A stretch of 64,000 nucleotides of DNA from Patescibacteria group bacterium (GTDB lineage: Bacteria; Patescibacteriota; Dojkabacteria; J137), in the NCBI GenBank assembly GCA_016861265.1, contig BOLA01000001.1, positions 395,569 to 459,568 on the forward strand, in the 5' to 3' direction. Below the pieces are notes generated by a model. It ran no database searches and was not told where the DNA came from. It was given only the letters and a program-made list of their open reading frames with translations. The position numbers and the translations under genes were made by a program. Of the stretch, positions 50,601 to 59,768 are shown piece by piece; within the stretch, counting starts at the first letter, position 1; every line of letters starts with the position of its first letter.

Positions 50601-52884
50601 TTAAGTCACTGTTGCATATAAATACTTTCCCTCAACTTTAACTGCAATTGGTTTTTCCCCTGCTCCTAGGCTAATAGTACCTGCTGCAGATGGGCTATTC
50701 ACATCAGAAATATTTTCAATTTCAATTGACATTGGAGATTCAGAAGCTATATAAGCATAATTACCTTTAACGTCTAACCCCCTTGGATAACCTGTTAAAG
50801 TATAGGTTGTTATAACTGAAGGGCTGGCTGGATTCGATGTATCTACGATTGACAATGTTTTATCGGTCAGACTAGTGACAAAGGCATATTTCCCTTGCAC
50901 ATCAACTCCCCATGCTGTACTTGTGCCTACGGCTACAGATCCCGCAACACTAGCAATACCTGTAGCAGAAATAATATTTTTAATATTTCCTACTACATCT
51001 AACTTTGCGCTCGGCGTACTTGTACCTATACCTACATTCGCATTAACAAAATTAACTTCATCAGTTGATTGATCATCAAATTCAATTCTCCCTGCAGCAG
51101 AACCTAACCCAATCCATTTATCATCCACCACCGTAAGGTTACTATTAGTAGTAAGGGTAGTTGCACTACTTCTATATAAAGTTGCATCCCCTCCCAATAA
51201 TAAACCTCCATTTGAACCAGTTACCGACAATTGCAATTGTCCCGCGTTTGTTAATACACCTCTAGATGAACCTGCAACTTGAAATTCAAATAAATTCGGA
51301 GTACCGGTTCCATTTTCATTTACTATTAGCAACGGATTTGTTGCAGCTGTCGCTGTACTTATTAAATTAATTAAACTATTTGTACTGGTGGTTGTTTGGG
51401 CTGCAGCTGGTGCAAAACTCACACAGGTAGAACAAGACCCTGCAAGCAAATCAATTGTTGAAGATGCCGATCTAAAATTTAAGCTTGTTCCATTCCACCA
51501 CAAGTCTCCACTGTTTGGAGAAGATGGATTGGTACCTCCACTACTAACTAGTCGCAATGAAGATTGAGCCGTTGTGGCTACTGCAACGTTTAAAAACGCG
51601 GTGTTCGTTGTTGTTCCAGCTAATACGTTGCCATCGAATCTATTTATGCCTGCATCACTCCAAATTGCATAAGTATCTGCACCTTCTACATAAAGACCAT
51701 AATCGTTTGTTCCACCAGTTGTGTTCGCCAGGAAAATGCCGTAATTATCACCTATCGTGCCGCCGCCAGAATTAATACTTGATACGTGTATTCCATAGGC
51801 AGTAGTAACCGTTGCTGTACTTAGCTGTTGAATTGCAAACCTTCCTCCATAGGCAGTTGTTATTGTTCCAGCTGATTGAAATTGAATATATCCATCAACT
51901 GCCCGGGCTTGATTTACGGTGTTTCCAGTACCGGGATTAATTTGCAGATTACTTAATACACCGCCTGTAACTCCGGTCATATTTCCTGTCTGAGTTATCT
52001 TACCCAATAAGGCTTGGTAGCCAGTACCACCACTATAAGTCCTCTCCGTTCTAAAACCTATAGTATCAGATGCCGCTGTATCTCCAACCGCAATCGATCC
52101 GCTATTTTTAAGAGTAAATTTATTAACCCCACCTACTTGAATATTTATTAAATCAGGAGAACCACTGCCGTTTTCGTTTACTAATATTAAAGGGTTAGTT
52201 GCACTTGTAGCAGTTGACTCAAGATTAATGAGGCTGCTCGTGCTTGTTGTAGTTTGAGTTGCACTTGGCGCTAACTGTACAAAACCAGTAGCTCCAATTC
52301 TGTGCAACGAATGCACTCGGAACACTCTTCAATCCTGTCCTAGTGAATAATTCAGAAAAACTACCTAGGGATCCGCTCGTATCGGATGGTGCAAAACCAA
52401 CTTCAATATATAAATCTGCCCTATCAAAATTAACACCAGGGTTCGAGTCACTGTCACTATCATCAACTACGGTACAAGTTCCTACTGTGGTACCCCATTG
52501 ACTATTACCAGATACAGTACTTCCACAACTATTTATTACTAAATTAAAAGTACCATTAGTGTCTCCAATCTCAACGTCTTGAAATGTTTGTGTAAACATT
52601 AAATTCCCAGAACCGGGTGTAGTGCTTGTGTTGGTAGCATGGTTCCATATTCTTATTTGAAAGTCGCAAGTATCGGCACCAGACTTAACGCAAGCCGGTG
52701 TTCCGTTTGTAATATTAAGACCGGTAACTTTATCAACAATTTTACTTTGAAAATTTATTGTATTATTTATAGCAGCTTTGACAGAATTTAACGACGAGGA
52801 AAAACCAACTAGACACAAGAACAAGAACCCAAATAGGAGGGCTAAAAATATGTTTTTTATATATAGGCTATAAATATGTCTCAA
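50601..52884 (-). pseudogene. frameshifted, 3'-truncated large surface protein (Thr/Gly-rich repeats, NVGIGT, LVIVD repeats)
   Basis: ORF 52225-52884 (signal peptide ...SVPSAFVAQ) joins ORF 50601-52325 (IGATGFVQLAP...) out of frame at ~52299; ends within the third LVIVD repeat. Confidence 0.75.
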
Positions 52885-53066
52885 ACTCGTAAAGGTACTA
52901 TCTATTCAACATATCATACTATCATAAAGAAATATCCCTCTCAAACGTCCTAAGTCTTTACTCATAATAAAAATCACTATGCTTACGGTAGTTTTACAAG
53001 ATATAAAAATTTAACCAATAAATTTTCTAAAAGTAAGAATTAAACAGTATAATTAGCCAGAATTTT

Positions 53067-54131
53067 ATGGAGATAATTAACGCAGAAGACAAAAAAATAA
53101 TTCAAAAAACATGTGAAGTTTTGAATAATGGCGGACTAATAGTCTACCCTACCGAAACTTCTTATGCTGTAGGAGTTGATGCCACTAACTCTGCTGCAGT
53201 TACAAAGTTACTCGAATATAAAAAAAGACCAGAAGGCCGAGCAATATCAGTTGCAGTTGCTAGTAAGGATCAAGCCGAAGAATTTGTAGAAATAAATTCT
53301 CAGGCCCAGAATTTCTATAAGAATTTTATGCCTGGCCCTGTAACAATAATATCAAACTCTAAGAACAAAGTTGATTATAGGTTAGAGGCAGAAAATGGAA
53401 CTCTAGGAATACGAATTCCCAACTATAAATTAATTCTAAATATTCTATCTGAATTTAAGAAGCCCGTTACCGCAACCCTAGCAAGTTTACCAGGAGCAAA
53501 GACTCCCTATTCGATAGACGACATTCTAAGCACTCTGCCCAATAAACAAAAAGACTTAATTGACTTGATTATTGACGGTGGTCAACTACCAAAGAATCCA
53601 CCTTCAACGGTGATCGATACAACTGCAAGTGAACTTACCGTACTAAGAACTGGAAGAATAGATCCACTAAAGACAGTGCTAACTAATACACTAGATAGCA
53701 GTTCCGAACAAGACACAATCGAAATTGGAAAGAGAATAATAAAGGACTTATACAATTCCCATAGCACTCTACTAATATTATTAAACGGAGAATTAGGTGC
53801 CGGGAAAACCCATTTAACAAAGGGATTTGCATTGGAACTTGGAATAAACCAAGTTATAAAATCGCCCACTTATAATTATGTAAATGAATATAAATTTGAA
53901 AATAATAAATTATTTCATATGGATGCCTGGAAGATTCAGAGTAAGGAAGATTTAAATGCTCTCGGATTCTATGAATGGTTCAAACTTGGGAATGTTGTTG
54001 TTGTGGAATGGCCTAGTGTAATAATGAACTTAGACGATCAATTCTTTGAGAATCAACAATACTTATTCATAGAATTTATTAACTATGAACAAAATAACAG
54101 AACTCTAAAAGTGTACTCCTATAAGCCCTAG
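53067..54131 (+). CDS. tsaC: TsaC (Sua5/YrdC)-TsaE fusion, t6A biosynthesis
   Basis: YPTETSYA, K.R, PGP.T, G.RIP, PSTVID, followed by L.GELGAGKT, SPTY, H.D.W, VVEWP. Confidence 0.9.
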   Translation: MEIINAEDKKIIQKTCEVLNNGGLIVYPTETSYAVGVDATNSAAVTKLLEYKKRPEGRAISVAVASKDQAEEFVEINSQAQNFYKNFMPGPVTIISNSKNKVDYRLEAENGTLGIRIPNYKLILNILSEFKKPVTATLASLPGAKTPYSIDDILSTLPNKQKDLIDLIIDGGQLPKNPPSTVIDTTASELTVLRTGRIDPLKTVLTNTLDSSSEQDTIEIGKRIIKDLYNSHSTLLILLNGELGAGKTHLTKGFALELGINQVIKSPTYNYVNEYKFENNKLFHMDAWKIQSKEDLNALGFYEWFKLGNVVVVEWPSVIMNLDDQFFENQQYLFIEFINYEQNNRTLKVYSYKP

Positions 54132-54188
54132 CTGTTATTCAATTCTCAAGATTGGTACTTATGTTTATAATTAGTCGTTAATATATTA

Positions 54189-55064
54189 ATGACTAGTATG
54201 GCAATTACGAAAGCTATTATTACAGCAGCAGGTTACGGTACAAGGTTCTTACCGGCAACAAAGAATGTACCCAAAGAATTACTTCCAGTAATTAATACTC
54301 CAACAATTCACTATATTGTTCAGGATTGTATAAAAGCAGGAATCAAAGATATTATTATTGTTACTCGATTCGGAAATCATTCTGTAGAAGATTATTTCGA
54401 TACAACACCGGCTTTAGAAAGTTATTTAGAATCCAAAGGTAAGGTAAAGGAAGCTGAAGCAATTCATGAAATTTATTCCTCAGCCAATTTTATTTTTATT
54501 AGACAAGACCCTGATTTACCTTATGGAAATGCATCTCCGCTTTATTCTGCAAAGAGTTTAATACAGAAAGACGAATCGTTTATTTACGCATGGGGTGACG
54601 ACATAATACTGGGTGAAAATGCTGGGATTCAGGAAATTATTGAAGACTATAAAAATGAGTATGCCGATGTAATTCTAAACTGTACAAAGGTAGGTGAGGA
54701 TCAAATTACCAAACTTGGAATTGTTAAATTCAAGAACAATGAATCCACACAAATTGAACAAATAATTGAGAAACCTACTTTAGAGCAGGCACCAAGCGAT
54801 ATAGCATCGGTCTCGCCTTATTTATTTAACGCAAAAATTTTTGATTACCTAGATCCACTAACAGTTGAACCGGGAAAAGAATTTATGATTCAAAATGCAA
54901 TCGATGCTCTTTGTAAAGACGGCATTGTAAAAGCAAATGTAACAAAGGGAACATGGCTAACCACAGGCGATCCTTTAAACTATTTAAAAGCAACAGTAGA
55001 GATTGCTCTAAGCAGAGACGATCTTAGAGATGAGTTTATAAATTACTTAAAGACTAAAATTTAA
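54189..55064 (+). CDS. galU: UTP--glucose-1-phosphate uridylyltransferase
   Basis: AAGYGTRFLPATK.VPKE.LP, EDYFD, RQ, GDD, EKP. Confidence 0.88.
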   Translation: MTSMAITKAIITAAGYGTRFLPATKNVPKELLPVINTPTIHYIVQDCIKAGIKDIIIVTRFGNHSVEDYFDTTPALESYLESKGKVKEAEAIHEIYSSANFIFIRQDPDLPYGNASPLYSAKSLIQKDESFIYAWGDDIILGENAGIQEIIEDYKNEYADVILNCTKVGEDQITKLGIVKFKNNESTQIEQIIEKPTLEQAPSDIASVSPYLFNAKIFDYLDPLTVEPGKEFMIQNAIDALCKDGIVKANVTKGTWLTTGDPLNYLKATVEIALSRDDLRDEFINYLKTKI

Positions 55065-55070
55065 GTTGAT

Positions 55071-55097
55071 AAAGCGAAGCGCATAGCGCTTCGCTTT
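55071..55097. terminator. bidirectional terminator
   Basis: AAAGCGAAGCGC-ATA-GCGCTTCGCTTT. Confidence 0.8.
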
Positions 55098-56172
55098 ACA
55101 GAGCTTCATTAAAACCCTTATCCTTTATTTCATCTAAAATCTTTTTTATATCTCCCGTTCTATCTTTTGAACAAACCAATAAAGCGTCGGGAGTATCTAC
55201 AATAACAATATTATCGAGTCCGATTGCTGCTATAACCTTCTCGTTAGAACCTTTTAGTAGTGCATTTGAAGTATCTATATTTATTATTTTTCCATCCTTG
55301 TATACTTCACCTGGATTTACAAAATAACTATATAACGAATCCCATGTTCCAACATCAGTCCAATTAAATGGAGTAAGAATAATATAACCCTCTGCGAAAA
55401 CATGTTTCGTGACATCTTCTGTAGGTCCTTCCTGCATTTCGGAATAAATCTTATCTGTTAACTCTTTTTCGTTGTCTTTCCCAAAGGTTTCTTTAATTTT
55501 CATTAGTGATTCATACCAATCAGGCTTATATTTTTTATATGCATCCAACATTAAATCTGGATACCAACAATTATGGTTACAGTGAGTCGATACATTAAAC
55601 TTTTGTATTAGATCTTTTGTTTTAGAATAATCACCTAATCTATAAACAAATTCATCAACAGCGTAAATATCTAACCCATCGTCAGTTTCTAGTTTTTTAC
55701 CTAACTTAAGATAGTCACTCCCCATGTCTGGATTAATAGCTTTCTGACCTGCAGAAATAAACTTTCTATCTCTTTTTACAAGCATTTCAGCAGATTTAAT
55801 CATCTCTATAAATTTATCTTCAGGAGATCTTATACAGTCTGATTGAATTATCATGAAAGGCTCATCGGGATGGATTACAGAAAGTTTTAGAATTGCATAG
55901 CCTTCCCCAGGTCCTCTATTCTTCTTATACGGAGGTTCAATAATAATATTTCCCTTGGGAATTTCAGGAGAATCTTTTAATACTAATTCTAAATAAATCT
56001 CTTTAGTAGATATAAAAATATCTTCCGGTCTATAGGCTTTTAACAAAGTATCTATTTGGTAACGGAATAAAGTTTTTTCTCCTACAATATTTTGGAATTG
56101 TTTAGGTCTAGCTTCGCGGCTCATTGGCCAAAGTTTTGTTCCTTGACCCCCAGCAGTAATAATAAATTTCAT
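55096..56172 (-). CDS. manC: mannose-1-phosphate guanylyltransferase
   Basis: AGGQGTKLWPMSR..PKQF, EP, WTDVGTW, VDTPDALLV. Confidence 0.85.
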   Translation of the reverse strand: MKFIITAGGQGTKLWPMSREARPKQFQNIVGEKTLFRYQIDTLLKAYRPEDIFISTKEIYLELVLKDSPEIPKGNIIIEPPYKKNRGPGEGYAILKLSVIHPDEPFMIIQSDCIRSPEDKFIEMIKSAEMLVKRDRKFISAGQKAINPDMGSDYLKLGKKLETDDGLDIYAVDEFVYRLGDYSKTKDLIQKFNVSTHCNHNCWYPDLMLDAYKKYKPDWYESLMKIKETFGKDNEKELTDKIYSEMQEGPTEDVTKHVFAEGYIILTPFNWTDVGTWDSLYSYFVNPGEVYKDGKIINIDTSNALLKGSNEKVIAAIGLDNIVIVDTPDALLVCSKDRTGDIKKILDEIKDKGFNEAL

Positions 56173-56314
56173 CTTCTGACTGTAAGAAGTAGTGAAATTA
56201 TTATATCAGAAGAAATTTTTTGAATTAAAACTGTAAAGGTAGCAGCTAACAACAATTGTTTGTTATTAATTGCTACCTTCGGAAAGCCGATCCGAAGGTG
56301 CCGTTCACGAAGAA

Positions 56315-56817
56315 CTAGCGCTGGGTAAAGATCACGCTGTGGTGGTCGCCGATCCCTGCGGTTGCCACAATGGGCAAACCGTTAAAGGTGGCAAACACGC
56401 CGTAGGCTTTACCCTTAAGAACCATTTGATCACCAACAAACCATCCGACACGCTGGAAGGTTGACCCTCCCGCAGCTGCGGTTGTGTATGTTCCGAATTC
56501 GCTTCCGCGAACCGAGTAGTTTTGTCCGTCAATGGTAACCCAGCCAGCATTAGCTAACTGGTTTGCGACCATTGCGGTTCCAAATCCTTTGGAACCGCAA
56601 TGAATCCCGGCGACCATCAGAACAATTATGAATACAAGGTAGACCATTCCATCGTGCCGTCCGGCAAACTTTCCCAGAATCAGAACGAGAATAGTACCAA
56701 TTCCCAATGTCGCCGCCACTGCAGCATACTCCAGACCGAGAAACATGAATGCTCCCGCTGTGAGTGCTGCAACCAGAACGAACAAAACGCAACGAATCTC
56801 TTACCTGTGCTGCTCAT
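56315..56817 (-). CDS. GC-rich orphan membrane protein with a probable 1-nt frameshift near the 5' end
   Basis: AGGAG-led ATG at 56817 (MSSTGKRFVAF) is 1 nt out of frame with the 156-aa ORF at a T4 run (56787-56784); three hydrophobic helices. Confidence 0.65.
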
Positions 56818-56956
56818 TGCCTGTACTCCTGTGATCAATTAATCCTAGATCGTATGTTACCGATCTTTCTGAGAACCAACTGATTCGCAAGAAGATCGGT
56901 AACAAGCTTTCCGAAGTTTTAAAGAACCTTAGCTTTATTAAGCATAAGATATATAT

Positions 56957-56985
56957 AGTATATACCTATAATATATTTCTGTCAA
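56957..56985 (-). promoter_or_regulatory. sigma70 promoter
   Basis: TTGACA-17 nt-TATACT. Confidence 0.8.
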
Positions 56986-57063
56986 CCATTGTCGGTAACA
57001 CTAGGTAAATTTAATAAGAAATTTAATACCCCGGTACTCTGATTTCCCGGGGCATTGCTTGTA

Positions 57064-57159
57064 CTACTGATGAATGACCTGTTCAGCATTCCGCTTCAGC
57101 AGAATGTACGCGAGACCAAACAAAACCAACCCTACTACTACCACTTGCCACAGCGGCAT
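57064..57159 (-). CDS. 31-aa hydrophobic peptide MPLWQVVVVGLVLFGLAYILLKRNAEQVIHQ
   Basis: GGAGGTG SD 4 nt before ATG; single TM plus basic/polar tail; CCCCGG/CCGGGG hairpin at 57026-57055 downstream; not in the ORF track. Confidence 0.75.
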   Translation of the reverse strand: MPLWQVVVVGLVLFGLAYILLKRNAEQVIHQ

Positions 57160-57255
57160 AGCACACCTCCAATAAATATTTACGGGCAACGAGTTATATA
57201 ACAACAATATATTTTATACAATTTACTTGGCCATCTAACATGCTATAATTTTTAT

Positions 57256-57300
57256 ATGAATAGATACAGAATGTTAAATATAACTATCTTCTGGGCCTAA
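57256..57300 (+). CDS. trpS leader peptide MNRYRMLNITIFWA (leaderless)
   Basis: TGCTATAAT at 57241-57249, ATG 6 nt later; penultimate Trp codon inside the GGGC-CTAA-GCCC hairpin. Confidence 0.55.
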   Translation: MNRYRMLNITIFWA

Positions 57301-57460
57301 GCCCTCTACTTTCATACCTAATCTTAGAAAAACAACTACCTTAACTACGGCTTTATAGCTTAGTTTTAATATATCAAAAGGTTCTAATAACAAGAATCTG
57401 CTTTTGAAAATCATAATCCGGCGATTAAGTTGTTATAATCTATATAATTATTATAAAAAT

Positions 57461-58465
57461 ATGACAAATACAAAAAGAATTCTAACAGGAGACCGACCAA
57501 CTGGAAAAATGCATTTGGGCCATTACGTAGGCTCTCTACAGAATAGGGTTAAATTACAAGATGAATACGAGACCTTTATTATGGTCGCAGATGTTCAAGC
57601 CCTGACAGATAATTACGATAATCCAAAAAAGATTCAAGATAATATTCTCGAAACTACTATGGATAACTTAGCATCTGGGGTAGATCCTAAAAAAGCAACC
57701 TTTTTTATACAGTCTCAAATTCCCGAAATTGCTGAATTGACAGTTTTCTTTATGAATTTAGTGACTCATAATCAAGTATTACGAAATCCAACTGTAAAGA
57801 CCGAGATTGCTCAAAAGAAGTTTGGTGAAAGTGTTCCATTTGGGTTTGTAGCGTATCCTGTAAGTCAAGCAGCTGATATCCTTGTGCTAAGAGCTGGATT
57901 GGTTCCAGTAGGCAACGACCAAGCCCCAATGATTGAATTAGCTAGCGAAATATCTGATAGATTTAATAAAACATATAAAACGAATATCTTCCCAAAAGTA
58001 GAAGGCTATTATAGTGAAGCCGGACGACTTATTGGCACAGATGGGAATGCAAAAATGAGCAAATCCTTAGGTAATGCAATACTATTAAGTGATTCCGAAG
58101 AGGAAGTTATTGCCAAGGTAAAGAAAATGTACACCGATCCTAATAGAATAAGGCCTACAGATCCAGGGAAAGTGGAAGGCAACCCTGTATTCATTTACCA
58201 TGATTTATTCAACCCAGATAAAAACGAAGTTGAAGACTTAAAACAAAGGTATTTAGTTGGAAAAGTTGGGGATGTCGAAGTAAAGGATAAATTATCAAAA
58301 GCAATTAATCTGTATCTAGATCCAATTAGGGAAAGAAGAAAGCTATACGAGACAAACCCTCAAATGGTAATCGACATTCTAAAGGAAGGTACACAAAAGG
58401 TTCGACAAGAAGCAAAACTAACACTAAAAATGGTCAGAGAGGCAATGGGTATAAACTACTTTTAA
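57461..58465 (+). CDS. trpS: tryptophan--tRNA ligase
   Basis: [32 protein letters not shown]; ATG at 57461 preferred over TTG at 57404. Confidence 0.97.
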   Translation: MTNTKRILTGDRPTGKMHLGHYVGSLQNRVKLQDEYETFIMVADVQALTDNYDNPKKIQDNILETTMDNLASGVDPKKATFFIQSQIPEIAELTVFFMNLVTHNQVLRNPTVKTEIAQKKFGESVPFGFVAYPVSQAADILVLRAGLVPVGNDQAPMIELASEISDRFNKTYKTNIFPKVEGYYSEAGRLIGTDGNAKMSKSLGNAILLSDSEEEVIAKVKKMYTDPNRIRPTDPGKVEGNPVFIYHDLFNPDKNEVEDLKQRYLVGKVGDVEVKDKLSKAINLYLDPIRERRKLYETNPQMVIDILKEGTQKVRQEAKLTLKMVREAMGINYF

Positions 58466-58478
58466 CCCCTATCGCAGC

Positions 58479-58509
58479 ATACCCGCTCTTAATTGTGGAG
58501 AGCGGGTAT
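58479..58509. terminator. terminator hairpin between convergent genes
   Basis: ATACCCGCTCT/AGAGCGGGTAT stem. Confidence 0.7.
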
Positions 58510-59729
58510 TAATAAAGCTTCTTATTTCTTAAGAATTCTGCGGGATAACTTCTCCCGTAATATTTAGTCTTGTACTCTGTAGCTAATTCAATACCAATAA
58601 ACCTATAATGCCAAGGTTCATGGATATAACCAGTAAGCTCATCTTTCCCAAAGGGATACGACATTACAAATCCATATTCATGAGCATGGTCCTTTAACCA
58701 AAGCCAGAAGCTTTCATTTGCAGCACAAACTGTTTCTATACCAATACAATCAAGAGAGGAAATATCTGCAGTAGTGCCAAGCTGGTGTTCTGAAAAACCG
58801 GGTAATGCAGAATATGTATTTGCATCCGATTCTGCTTGTGCTCTGCTCTTACCGAAACCCATCTCGTATTGAACCCATGCCTCATATACTTCTTCCTGAT
58901 CGGTATAGGATCTGTAGGCGGAAGTTAGCCTCATGTTATGACCAGCAGCTACTGCAGCCGAATACAGATCGAGTAAATGACCATATGCAGCCTTTGAAAA
59001 TTTTTGTCCGCCCGGAATTCCGTCAGCATTTATAACTTCAATTGCATAATCTCTAGAGAGTGGATGGGTTTTATCTACTGGATAGTAAGTGCAATCTGTA
59101 CAATTGGTAGGAAAAGGTTCATCGGGAACCTTATACTTTTCACAAAGTGAATTTTCGAACTCAGGAATTCCCGAAAACTCATAGTTCTTTAGGCTCAATA
59201 AATAATTCAGTTTTAAACTATTGTAAAAGTTGCAATTCCCCATGAATACATCAATATTTCCTATACTTAATGTATTTGAACTTAAATTTGTTCTTTCAGA
59301 TAGATTAAAACTAAAGTCCTCAATAGTTAAATTTTGATATTTCTCTTTATCTTCTGAAAATAAATTTTTTAGATTGTCTTGCAAACGTTCAATAACTTCT
59401 GACTTAGAAAGTTTTCCTAAAAACACAACTTCGTTTATTGGGTCAGTGTGTATAGTTTCAAAGGAGGTCTGAATTTTTAGATCTTTTATTACCAATCTCT
59501 TTGTCACTTGTAGATCACTACCATCTTGTCCCTCAGCCACATAAATTTTTCCTTCAATAAAATTAGGATCAATTAGCGTAGTTGTTGTGTACGATATGGG
59601 GGAATAGTCATACTCCGGTGTTACTCTGTAGGATAATTCACTCCCAATAAATGAACCTACTATTATTGAAAGGATTATTAGAACAGTAAGAGCAAATACG
59701 GCTCTTACTGTTTTTTTTAAATTTCGCAT
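58509..59729 (-). CDS. membrane-anchored M15B (VanY-like) D,D-carboxypeptidase with a G5-like domain
   Basis: SAYRS...Q, SA.PG.SEHQLG..AD, EPWHYR; N-terminal TM; EGQDG..P.NEVV.LG. Confidence 0.85.
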   Translation of the reverse strand: MRNLKKTVRAVFALTVLIILSIIVGSFIGSELSYRVTPEYDYSPISYTTTTLIDPNFIEGKIYVAEGQDGSDLQVTKRLVIKDLKIQTSFETIHTDPINEVVFLGKLSKSEVIERLQDNLKNLFSEDKEKYQNLTIEDFSFNLSERTNLSSNTLSIGNIDVFMGNCNFYNSLKLNYLLSLKNYEFSGIPEFENSLCEKYKVPDEPFPTNCTDCTYYPVDKTHPLSRDYAIEVINADGIPGGQKFSKAAYGHLLDLYSAAVAAGHNMRLTSAYRSYTDQEEVYEAWVQYEMGFGKSRAQAESDANTYSALPGFSEHQLGTTADISSLDCIGIETVCAANESFWLWLKDHAHEYGFVMSYPFGKDELTGYIHEPWHYRFIGIELATEYKTKYYGRSYPAEFLRNKKLY

Positions 59730-59768
59730 TAAGCTTTGCTTTATTTATTTAAAGTACTGCTTAGTATA

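Noticed and set aside
20643-55097. Similar AAAGCG...CGCTTT palindromes at 20643 and 55071 as a REP family
   Set aside because: Only two copies, both between convergent genes; explained as bidirectional terminators.
56236-56299. Possible integron attC site at the cassette end
   Set aside because: No proper RYYYAAC/GTTRRRY boxes, no cassette array and no integrase in the window.
57404-57460. N-terminal extension of TrpS from TTG
   Set aside because: The region contains a promoter-like TGTTATAAT; TrpS similarity begins at ATG 57461.
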